Positions 18,722-27,169 are shown, counted from the first letter of the stretch. The stretch: 50,819 nt of DNA from Candidatus Bathyarchaeota archaeon (GCA_003133625.1 PKYH01000027.1:15266-66084), one strand, 5' to 3'. Notes: generated by a model not told the origin, from the letters alone. Numbers and translations are program-made.

Positions 18722-18889
18722 ATGCCACAAAGAATCAGAAAAGAAAGGCACCTATCAAACTGCCAAATAGCCGCAGAAATCAATCCAACAGAATGCCCAG
18801 TTATCACAACAGAAATTAGCAGTTCAAACGGGCCTTCACAAAACAGAAAAGAAGAAGCTAAAAAAATAATCTACCTAAAAAGAATATAA
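18722..18889 (+). CDS. small hypothetical protein (55 aa)
   Basis: GAGGA RBS and upstream TTTATA; manual translation MPQRIRKERH...YLKRI. Confidence 0.35.
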   Translation: MPQRIRKERHLSNCQIAAEINPTECPVITTEISSSNGPSQNRKEEAKKIIYLKRI

Positions 18890-18912
18890 AACATTAGCTC
18901 ACGATTTGCTGT

Positions 18913-19092
18913 TCACTTGCAGCCATGCTTTTCTTCACTACGCTTCAATCTCTCTTCAAGTCTTCTATTTCGTTCTTTCTTCTCAAGCCCAACCAATGGA
19001 GCCATCGCAAGAGCAGTAAGACCTCGCCCAATTTTCCTGAATAAGTTCATAAAGCCTTCCCCTTTCTCCTCTGAGAAATCTGACGATTTCAA
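18913..19092 (-). CDS. small hypothetical protein (59 aa or shorter)
   Basis: Manual translation ...MNLFRKIGRGLTALAMAPLVGLEKKERNRRLEERLKRSEEKHGCK. Confidence 0.3.
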   Translation of the reverse strand: MKSSDFSEEKGEGFMNLFRKIGRGLTALAMAPLVGLEKKERNRRLEERLKRSEEKHGCK

Positions 19093-19361
19093 GTTCTTAA
19101 AGAAAGTTTCTAAAATTGAAATATATCTTGTATTGGAACATCCCGTTAAGCCCTCAAAGTTATATCAATCGATTAGTGCGAAATAACAAATGTCTACCCA
19201 CGTGCTCCCTTTAAGCTCCTAAACAACTTTAAAAAAACTAAAATTTCACTACCAAAGAAATTCCCTACCAGCGTTTTTCTGCTGGCGAATATCGATACCC
19301 CCACATGCTACTTAGTAGCAATAAGGCATTTGGTCAGATGGGTTAGACAATTAGAGGTTTC

Positions 19362-20228
19362 TCACGCTATCTTTTTCAATGAAAAGTGTCCTTTCGTTTT
19401 TTCATCAATAATATCGCCTGAAATTTCACTGGCACTTTTTGACAACATTCCTGAAAGTGCATCAAGATTATATTCATTAGCGGCTCCCTGCTTTACAAAA
19501 GTATATGAAACACCTTGTAACATCACGAAGAAGTCTTGTATTGTGCCCATCATTGATTCTTGCACGATAGCCATACCTTTATCCGTTGAATAACAGACTA
19601 TCATAGTTCCCGATATTTCAGAACCTTTTTGGGAAAGGTCAATCTTTATTTCGTATTTATCATCCTCCAAAATCATGTCTCCTTCCCAGATACCGGCTAT
19701 ATTTTGTATATTTTTTACAACTTTAGATGGAGTTGATTCTTTCTGTTTATAGGGGTTTATCCCTGTAACTGCAATACCCTCAAAGACTGTGCCATATTCG
19801 GTTTCTTTCAATACGCTTTGAATCATTTCTGTAAGATTGCTTTTTAGATTGTCGCCCCAAGCAGGATTATTAATGTCATAGTAGAGATACCTTAGAGCTT
19901 TCAGGTCAAACGGGACATCCTTCTCATTGCGGGTAATGATAATGGCGGGTTTACCAAGTGCATGGGCAAGTCCGAGTTCATAGAACACATTTATATTTTT
20001 GCCGGACAGTTCTGCAATAACCATCCTTGAAGACCTTAAGGCTTTCCAAATGTCGGCAGTAACTTGAGGTTTAGAATAAATCTCGTCAGCTCTTACACAC
20101 TTTAGTCCAGCCAATTCAATTGCTGGACGTATTATACTACTATATTCTGAATCAAAAACAGAACTAAACGGCATAATAACAAAACAAGTATCTTTTAAAT
20201 CTCCGAGCTCAATCTCTACCTTTGCCAT
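19362..20228 (-). CDS. nucleoside 2-deoxyribosyltransferase/TIR-like domain fused to a beta-rich C-terminal domain
   Basis: CFVIMPF, VRADE, IAELSGKNINVFYELGLAHALGKP, VPFDL; C-terminus IAGIWEG... beta-strand pattern. Confidence 0.8.
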   Translation of the reverse strand: MAKVEIELGDLKDTCFVIMPFSSVFDSEYSSIIRPAIELAGLKCVRADEIYSKPQVTADIWKALRSSRMVIAELSGKNINVFYELGLAHALGKPAIIITRNEKDVPFDLKALRYLYYDINNPAWGDNLKSNLTEMIQSVLKETEYGTVFEGIAVTGINPYKQKESTPSKVVKNIQNIAGIWEGDMILEDDKYEIKIDLSQKGSEISGTMIVCYSTDKGMAIVQESMMGTIQDFFVMLQGVSYTFVKQGAANEYNLDALSGMLSKSASEISGDIIDEKTKGHFSLKKIA

Positions 20229-20398
20229 CTAAATCAATTCCCTCTCGAACGCATTGCTATCAATTGTAAGCAAATAGCAGAAAAGGCTTTCGATGACACT
20301 TGCAACAGCGAGCTTAAAAAATTGGGCAAGTCATCATGTTTTTCACCTTTAGCGTTATGACGTTTTCTTCGTTGTCAACATCTTGTATTAAGTTTTTA

Positions 20399-20462
20399 AA
20401 ATTGGTGCTCTACCAAATTGGTGCTCGGAAATCCACTTCTCTCTGAAAAGTAGCACCAAATT
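20399..20462. promoter_or_regulatory. candidate operator repeats upstream of AbrB-like gene
   Basis: AAATTGGTGCTC at 20399-20410 and 20415-20426; near-inverted AGCACCAAATT at 20452-20462. Confidence 0.55.
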
Positions 20463-20473
20463 AGGTTCACAAC

Positions 20474-20659
20474 ATGATAGAGAGCGAAGGCAAATTCATT
20501 AATCGACCAACACAGACGGGCGGAAAAACCTATGATAAATTCTTCATTTATGTTCCAACGGAAGTTGCAAGAGACAGCTTGTTCCCTTTTAAGACAAACG
20601 ATAGAATCAAAGTCAAGATTGATGTTGAGAATAAAAAGCTCACAATAGAGAAGATATAG
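20474..20659 (+). CDS. AbrB/MazE-like swapped-hairpin DNA-binding protein
   Basis: FFIYVPTEVARDSLFPFKTNDRIKVKID pattern. Confidence 0.7.
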   Translation: MIESEGKFINRPTQTGGKTYDKFFIYVPTEVARDSLFPFKTNDRIKVKIDVENKKLTIEKI

Positions 20660-20722
20660 AGTAAGACGTTACTTGATAGTCAAGAATATAGTTTCTTTGG
20701 GCACATTAATGCAACAAAGCGT

Positions 20723-21577
20723 TTAACAGTTGCATTTTTCTATCCATTTTTTAATTTCCGCTTTTAGAGCATCCATTGATTCTTTAGGCCAATTTGGGTC
20801 ATTTTCGCAAATCCTAAGTGCTTGTTCAAAATTTTCTCTGGCAATTTCTTTTTTTCCAAGCTCCAAGTTAATTAGACCTAACCATAAAAAATGATTATAA
20901 TGCCCAGTTGAGTCAAACTGTGCTAAGAATTCACAATAACGTTTGGTAGTATCTACGTCTTTATGTTGGTCATAATAACGTATAAGCGAGTAAAGGCATT
21001 GTCTTACATTCTCTCGAATTAGTATTAATTCATGTTCGGTTCGTGGGCAATCAGGCAACTGTTTTACGTAACCATCGCCTTTGAATGTAGGTTGCCCTCT
21101 AAATAGCTCTATTGAAGCCTTGTCATCTTTGATTTTCGTGATAAAGCTTTCGTTCTTATCTTTTCCTTTTTCTAAAATATTTGACCTGTCAAATGTTAAA
21201 TAGAGTGAATCTGTATCCGTTTTAAATATTCTTTCCAAGAGCTCATATCTATGGTCTTCGATAGACATCCAATAACAATTTCCGCTTGGTTCATCATATA
21301 CGATAAGGTAGACAGGGTTTGGTTCCCATAACCAATATACCAATGTTGATTTCTTTATGCTTGCACTCCAATTGTCATCAAAATGTTCTGTTCCTTTTGC
21401 TTGTATGTAGAACTCATTTGTTGGAGAGCTATTCTCTAATAATTGGCAATAAAAATCAAGTCCTACGTCATCTTCAATTTTAGTTACCAAGGAAAAATAA
21501 GATAAGCGACCTTTTATTTCGCTTTCACCCACTTTGCCTAATCGTTGCTCCCACGTAAATCTCACATTACGCACCAT
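20723..21577 (-). CDS. DUF4365-like PD-(D/E)xK nuclease with C-terminal TPR
   Basis: GKVGE, DVGLDFY, FYIQAKGT; TPR-like LWLGLINLELGKKEIARENFEQALRI. Confidence 0.78.
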   Translation of the reverse strand: MVRNVRFTWEQRLGKVGESEIKGRLSYFSLVTKIEDDVGLDFYCQLLENSSPTNEFYIQAKGTEHFDDNWSASIKKSTLVYWLWEPNPVYLIVYDEPSGNCYWMSIEDHRYELLERIFKTDTDSLYLTFDRSNILEKGKDKNESFITKIKDDKASIELFRGQPTFKGDGYVKQLPDCPRTEHELILIRENVRQCLYSLIRYYDQHKDVDTTKRYCEFLAQFDSTGHYNHFLWLGLINLELGKKEIARENFEQALRICENDPNWPKESMDALKAEIKKWIEKCNC

Positions 21578-21700
21578 TAGAAGTACCCACTGCAGAGATT
21601 ATTCGATTAATAGTTAAAAATTTATGGCAAAATAACCAGATACTCTAAGTTCTTTGGTCTACCAGCGAGCGTTGTCAAGGTATGCCTAATTCGCGCTCGT

Positions 21701-21925
21701 TTATTTTTTATTATTCGTTTTGTCTTTGGGGTAGACTATCTTCATTTTGTTTGGGTTATGATTGCGACAGAAATAAAGCCAAAAATCACCATGTTCCACA
21801 ATGAGTTCTGCTCTTTGTCCACATGTGGGTATGTCGCAAAAAGCTTTCGGTAAATCCCTTATAACCTCATCATAAGAACTTGTTTTAGGTCTAACCATTA
21901 ACACACTCTCAGTATTACCATACAA
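21701..21925 (-). CDS. small zinc-binding hypothetical protein
   Basis: CDIPTC...FCRNH. Confidence 0.5.
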   Translation of the reverse strand: MYGNTESVLMVRPKTSSYDEVIRDLPKAFCDIPTCGQRAELIVEHGDFWLYFCRNHNPNKMKIVYPKDKTNNKK

Positions 21926-22050
21926 TTATTTTTAGATAAATAATTTATGATACTAACTCACATAGATGCGTTTGCTATAAAGAAAGGTTCCGTTTTTCAA
22001 AAATAAGTTAAAACGAGTCAAAAAGGTTCATTAAAGAAAAAAAGGTGAGA

Positions 22051-22122
22051 CTATTTGCGCTTTCTAAACAGCTTAATGCCTTCCATTTCTGTGACGTACT
22101 CGAAGCCTTGCTCAATGAGCTT
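22051..22122 (-). pseudogene. relic of a second integrase 3' end
   Basis: Encodes KLIEQGFEYVTEMEGIKLFRKRK*, versus KLIEQGFEYVTEMDSIKLFRKRK* at the end of the element integrase. Confidence 0.85.
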
Positions 22123-22194
22123 TTAGTATTTTCGGCGCTATGCGTATTCTTTTAATTTATTTTCTTTATAGGCAGGGTCTACTTAATCATCCCA

Positions 22195-22773
22195 ATGGAA
22201 TTTATAATAAAGAATAGTCGCATCGTTGAAGATATAATAGGAAAAAACACAGAATTTCCAAAATACACAACGCAAATCATGAATTTGGCTAACCAGAACG
22301 CTCAAGGAACGAGACCTAAAGTAGTAGGTCAAATGTCTGATTTAATTGAGGAATGCCCCAAAGGAACCTATGAACAGTGGGTCAACTGGTATTCCCAAAG
22401 GATGCCTCAAGCAGTGGATGAGGCAACCGAAAAAGTATTTGAAATGATTCGGAATCTTGCATCCGCAATCACACTAATCGATAAGGAACTTGTAAGGAAA
22501 TGGGTCGAAGACTTGGTCTTAACTAAAACTTTTACAGGTTTCTGTTTTCAAGAAAGCATTCTAAAAGCGGTCGCCAAAAGAAAATGGGTTCAATACCGAA
22601 GGTCTACTCCGGAAGAAGAATCAAAATTTATTGACGGATACATCGGCGATATTCCCGTCTCAATTAAGCCCGTCACATACAAGACCAAAGGTATGTTACA
22701 CGAAAACATCAATGTCAAACTTATCTATTATGAGAAACTAAAAGATGGAATTAGGGTCGAATACGACTTCTAA
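22195..22773 (+). CDS. type II restriction endonuclease, MjaI family
   Basis: FPKYTTQIMNLANQNAQGTRPKVVGQMS, IDGYIG...SIKP; convergent with MTase. Confidence 0.85.
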   Translation: MEFIIKNSRIVEDIIGKNTEFPKYTTQIMNLANQNAQGTRPKVVGQMSDLIEECPKGTYEQWVNWYSQRMPQAVDEATEKVFEMIRNLASAITLIDKELVRKWVEDLVLTKTFTGFCFQESILKAVAKRKWVQYRRSTPEEESKFIDGYIGDIPVSIKPVTYKTKGMLHENINVKLIYYEKLKDGIRVEYDF

Positions 22774-23882
22774 TCTGAGTCTAACCAATCCTTGAGTGAT
22801 TTCCCCTTTTGAGTTAGACTTCCTCCATCAAATTTAAAGGAAGGCTTTTCCTCATATTCAGCTTCAATTGTATCATCCTTAGACAGTACTCTTCTAAGTT
22901 CATCAAACGTAATTTCTACTTCTTGACTTGTCATCACTGGAAAACCGTAAACTTTGCTCGCATATTTCAATTCACCTTTCACTTTAGTGCGTTCTTGAAC
23001 AAATTTTAGGTGATTTATCATTCTATTTCTTAACAAATTATTGGAAAAACTAACAATATCCTTGAACCTCTCAGAAAGATGCTCACTGAAGTTAGGGTCT
23101 ATCTCAATTCCCACACTGTTTCTTCCAGTAGCAATTGAAGCTAAGGTTGTGGTTCCTGTGCCAAGAAATGGGTCGAGTACTGTGTCTTCTCTGAGAGAAA
23201 ACATGTTAATCAAACGATAGGCAAGCTCGAACGGATAAGCTCCACTGCGCTCTCTAATCTTTTTGTCAAGGTCTGTCTGTCGGGTTCCCTTAAGACCTTC
23301 CCACACATCTGAAAACCAGACATTTCGCTCTTCCCAAAAGAATGAGCTTTTTTGTCTTCTCAGTTTATCTTCTATTTTGACAAACTCTCTTTTAGTTCCT
23401 TTTCGCAAAACCAGAATATACTCATGCTCTAAAGTAATGTATGCACCTGCGGGAAGCATACCCGACCCCATGAACTTGTTGGGAGCATTCGTTTGTTTTC
23501 TCCATAAAATTTCAGGCAAAGAACTAAAGCCCAAGTTCAAACAGCTTTGCAGTATTCTTGAGTGATTGGAATAGAGTTTGAACTCTTTTCCTATTTTTCG
23601 AGTTGCGTCACCAATGTTGATGCATGCAATTCCACCTTGGCGAAGGACCCTATAGACTTCTTTCCAGATTTTATCAAGCTCTTGGTTCATTAATTCGTAC
23701 GCTTGATTTCCATCTTCATTTCTTAATGCTTCGCCTATTCTGGGATTTTGTTTGGAGAAAATGTCATCCCACATTTCAATCATTGGATAAGGTGGCGAAG
23801 TAATCATCAAATCTATAGATTGGTCTTTAATCTGCTTCATTTCGTTGGAGTTGCTGAAAAATATCTTGTGAGTAGTTTTCAT
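22770..23882 (-). CDS. DNA methyltransferase, beta class (probably N4-cytosine)
   Basis: TSPPY motif IV precedes DPFLGTGTT motif I. Confidence 0.92.
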   Translation of the reverse strand: MKTTHKIFFSNSNEMKQIKDQSIDLMITSPPYPMIEMWDDIFSKQNPRIGEALRNEDGNQAYELMNQELDKIWKEVYRVLRQGGIACINIGDATRKIGKEFKLYSNHSRILQSCLNLGFSSLPEILWRKQTNAPNKFMGSGMLPAGAYITLEHEYILVLRKGTKREFVKIEDKLRRQKSSFFWEERNVWFSDVWEGLKGTRQTDLDKKIRERSGAYPFELAYRLINMFSLREDTVLDPFLGTGTTTLASIATGRNSVGIEIDPNFSEHLSERFKDIVSFSNNLLRNRMINHLKFVQERTKVKGELKYASKVYGFPVMTSQEVEITFDELRRVLSKDDTIEAEYEEKPSFKFDGGSLTQKGKSLKDWLDSD

Positions 23883-24008
23883 TGCAATCTTCTTCTGCGA
23901 CTCGGTTTAAAAAGCTCTTCGCTCGTGCTTCTTAGTATTTATTTTTAGAAAACCTCCGACTGTCTCAACTTGCTTTCCTCTCGACTTTTAATCGTGAATG
24001 GAAAAAAT

Positions 24009-24939
24009 TCATTTCCGTTTCCTAAATAGCTTGATTGAATCCATCTCAGTAACATATTCGAAACCTTGCTCTATGAGTTTCTGCGCTTCCTTGATATTTT
24101 GGGCTACTTTGCAGGTGTATTCTTCTTCGCTGTCGAAGTGTATTAGCTGTGCGTAGAATAGTGTAGTTTCGTATTTTGTGTGTCCCATTTGTTGCATAGT
24201 GAAAAACATATCTTTGGTTTTGTCATAGGTGAGGGTTGCGAATTTGTGTCTAAGATTTCTTAGCGGTATTTTTTTAAGTTCTGGTTGCTGTAGTTTGTCG
24301 GCTAATTCGTTTCTGGTTCTCATCCATATTTCGCTCATGTAGTGTGTTTCTGGGAATGGTTGATTATCGGTGTATTTGTTTAGGTAGTGTCTTAACATTT
24401 CTGCGGTTTCTGGTTTTAGTTTGAATGAACGTGATTTGTGTCCTTTGCATCCTTGAGCGTTAATTATTCCTTTTTCTATGTCTATGTCTTTTTGTGTTAT
24501 GTTTCTTAGTTCTTGTTCCTCTAATCCTGTTTCGTCTAAGATTCTAAAAATAGTTGCGTATTTTTTGGATGAGGCTGATATTATTTTATTGACGTTTTCG
24601 CTTGATGGTATTAGCGGGATTTTTCTTTGATATTTAAAGTGTGTTTCTAATCGTTGGAGTCCATTTACGTCTGTGAAATAATTGTATGCTTTTACCATTT
24701 GTTGCTTGTAGCTGTTGGCTTGTGTCATTGTTGCGATAAACGCTTTGACTTGTTCGGGTTTCATTAGGTCGGTGTTTTTGTCTAAGTATTTTAGTTGGTA
24801 GTTGACTGCTCGTAGTGTTCCTTGTTCTAATCCGTTGCTTTTCATTGTGAGTAAGGTTTTTATGATTTCAGGTTCGTATTTGTAGCATAATACGGTGCTG
24901 GGGGCTCGTCGTCTAGTACGGATTATGACACCGGCCTGC
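24009..24939 (-). CDS. tyrosine recombinase/integrase, C-terminal portion Int(C)
   Basis: ETGL..EL box I, LRNLRH, MGH...TTLFY; its 5' end overlaps att/tRNA. Confidence 0.9.
24901..24939 (+). repeat. att site (right copy)
   Basis: Identical to 11991-12029. Confidence 0.97.
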
Positions 24940-24980
24940 GGAGCCGGAGGTCCTGGGTTCAAATCCCAGCGGGCCCGCCA
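24902..24980 (+). tRNA. tRNA-Arg (anticodon GCG)
   Basis: Acceptor GGGCTCG/CGGGCCC, anticodon arm CCGGC-CTGCGGA-GCCGG, T arm CTGGG-TTCAAAT-CCCAG, encoded CCA. Confidence 0.96.
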
Positions 24981-25127
24981 TCCAAATTATTAAAAAATTG
25001 TTTTAACTTACGTTTTCCTAGAAAGAGTTCATCCAGCAATTTAGCCTTTAAAATAAGGGGGCTAAAGTTTTTTTCAAGCACTAGAGTTTTGTTGATTAAA
25101 AATATAGAAAGAATTGGTTAAGGTTGT

Positions 25128-25796
25128 TTATTCTCTGCTTGAGAGCACTATGATGTAGTCTGCTGTGTCGGCGCACATGTCTGCTGCTTGTTCGATGAAT
25201 TCTATTAGGTCGTCGAATATTACCATGGCTCCGCAGTTTATGTTTACGCCGTATTTCACGAATAAGCTTTTGGTTTTAAGGTATTCAATGTCTATTGCGT
25301 GTTCTATTTCACCGACTTTTTTTGCTTCATTTATGGCTTCTGTTGGGTTGGATGAGATTTTTTCTATGCTGCTTCTTAATGTTTGAGCTGTTTCCACAAG
25401 TTTTGAAGTCATAAAAACAGTTTTGTCACATAGTTCTTGTGGGATTTCTGCTTCAGAGAGCATTTCAAGGCATCTTGCAGCATCTTTAGTGTGATCTGCC
25501 AGCGTATCTAATCGTTTAACAAGGTGTAAGAGGTCTTCACGATAATCTGCCACGAGAGCTGCACCTTTGGATAACTCCATGAAGACATCTGTTCGAAGCT
25601 GGTCAACTCCTTCTTCGGTCTTATACAAGTTTTCAATGTACTTTTTTGTTTCTTTGAAGTTCTTCTCTGAAAAGCTTTTGGTTGCTTTATGCAGCCAAGT
25701 TACTGTGTCAAAAGCTTTCGTTATTTGATCGTGAGCGAGTTCTAATCCTCTGGTTTTGCGTCGTTGCTCAAACCAATCGTAACTTTTTCTTTCCAA
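25128..25796 (-). CDS. DUF47 / PhoU-like phosphate transport regulator family protein
   Basis: E..VD.LR, REDLLHLVKRLDTLAD, IEQAADMCADTAD. Confidence 0.85.
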   Translation of the reverse strand: MERKSYDWFEQRRKTRGLELAHDQITKAFDTVTWLHKATKSFSEKNFKETKKYIENLYKTEEGVDQLRTDVFMELSKGAALVADYREDLLHLVKRLDTLADHTKDAARCLEMLSEAEIPQELCDKTVFMTSKLVETAQTLRSSIEKISSNPTEAINEAKKVGEIEHAIDIEYLKTKSLFVKYGVNINCGAMVIFDDLIEFIEQAADMCADTADYIIVLSSRE

Positions 25797-26217
25797 TGTC
25801 TTGTCACCGTTTAAACTATTGAATTGGTTTCAGATATAACCCTTCTCTTAATATGGCATTCACAGGTAACTTCAAACACATGTCTTTCTTCCAAATGCTT
25901 TCTTTTTGGATATGTCACGTCAAACATGCATCAATCGCCAAAAGCCAATCCGCAAGATCAGTCTTTTTAGCCTGTGCTTGCCTTTTTTCACTAATCTTTC
26001 CCTTCACAATTTACCCCCTCACTTAACCCTTAACATGCTTAACTATGCATTATACATGGATGAAGTACCATGGCGCTTTGAGTTTTGCATATAGCTTTTT
26101 TGCTTTCTTTATTTTGCATGGCACTCCTATGTTGAAACCTTTCCTTTTTCTGGCTTATTTAGACTATCCAAATAGTATATCGACAATTATGTAGTCTATA
26201 TATTTCCTGATTTTTAG

Positions 26218-27135
26218 CTAGTCTTCCAGAACAGTCTTCGCCAACCGAACCTTATCTTCCAAACTCTTCATTACAGTATTCGTAATTCTCACTCGAATTC
26301 CAAGACTCTCTATCCGACTTTTCTCAGCAGCATCCACATTATCAATGACAAAAGTGTCTAGAAAATCAGCATAAAGCTTAGCAACAGAAAACGCTGAAAC
26401 CTCGAAACCTAAACCGCGCAATAGTTTATCTGCAGGACCCTTAATCGGGGCACCAGCAACTATAGGACTAACTCCAACAACTTTGGCGCTTGTTCTTCTC
26501 AGTGCGTCTCTTATTCCATCAACCGTTAGAATGGTGCCAATGCTAACTATTGGATTGCTGGGACAAATAACAACCACTTCCGCATTCATAATTGAATCTG
26601 TAACTTTTGGTGAAGGTTTCGCGTTAACAGCGCCGACAAACTCAACGCCTAAAACCTTGTCTTTCGCTTGTCTTTTAACAAAATACTCTTCGAAATGAAC
26701 TGACCCTTCCTCAATTTTTATCCTGGTCTCAAACTTATCATTCGTCATTGGCAAAATGTTAACTTTAAGCCCTAAAACACGGCAAATTTCGTCGGTTACC
26801 TGCGAAAGCGTAAAACCTTTTTTTAACAAGTCAGTTCGAAAAATATGAGTTGCAAAATCCTTATCGCCCAAAGCAAACCATGTTTCTAAGCCGAATTTTT
26901 TGAGCATTTCGAGACATTGAAAAGTGTCGCCTTTTATTCCCCAACCTTTCTCATCATCAACAATACCTGCTAAAGTGTATGCCACAATGTCGATGTCTGG
27001 CGAAATGTGCAAACCGAACATTTCAATGTCATCGCCAGTATTCACAATTACTGATACGTCTTCCTGTTTTACAAGCCTTACTAAGCCAGTTAGAAATCTG
27101 GCTGCGCCAACGCCACCTGCTAAAGCCGTAATCAT
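26218..27135 (-). CDS. cofD: 2-phospho-L-lactate transferase
   Basis: LAGGVGAARF, VNTGDD, ISPDID, LGDKD, PSNPIVSIG, KGPADK. Confidence 0.95.
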   Translation of the reverse strand: MITALAGGVGAARFLTGLVRLVKQEDVSVIVNTGDDIEMFGLHISPDIDIVAYTLAGIVDDEKGWGIKGDTFQCLEMLKKFGLETWFALGDKDFATHIFRTDLLKKGFTLSQVTDEICRVLGLKVNILPMTNDKFETRIKIEEGSVHFEEYFVKRQAKDKVLGVEFVGAVNAKPSPKVTDSIMNAEVVVICPSNPIVSIGTILTVDGIRDALRRTSAKVVGVSPIVAGAPIKGPADKLLRGLGFEVSAFSVAKLYADFLDTFVIDNVDAAEKSRIESLGIRVRITNTVMKSLEDKVRLAKTVLED

Positions 27136-27169
27136 AACCTTTCATGCCAATTGATGATTTAGGAAGCTG

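Larger units (their letters stand above)
11991..24939. mobile_element. integrated element (SSV1-type tyrosine integrase) inserted in tRNA-Arg(GCG)
   Basis: 39-bp perfect direct repeats at both ends, integrase at right end split by att, AT-rich accessory cargo, housekeeping genes outside. Confidence 0.92.

Noticed and set aside
24940..24962. ORF-track start of the integrase (MNPGPPAP)
   Set aside because: This is the antisense of the tRNA 3' half outside the element. The true N-terminus is most likely at 12058.
25860..26130. Possible small gene or ncRNA between DUF47 and cofD
   Set aside because: Only very short frames (about 30 aa on minus, 62 aa on plus) without supporting motifs or clear structure.
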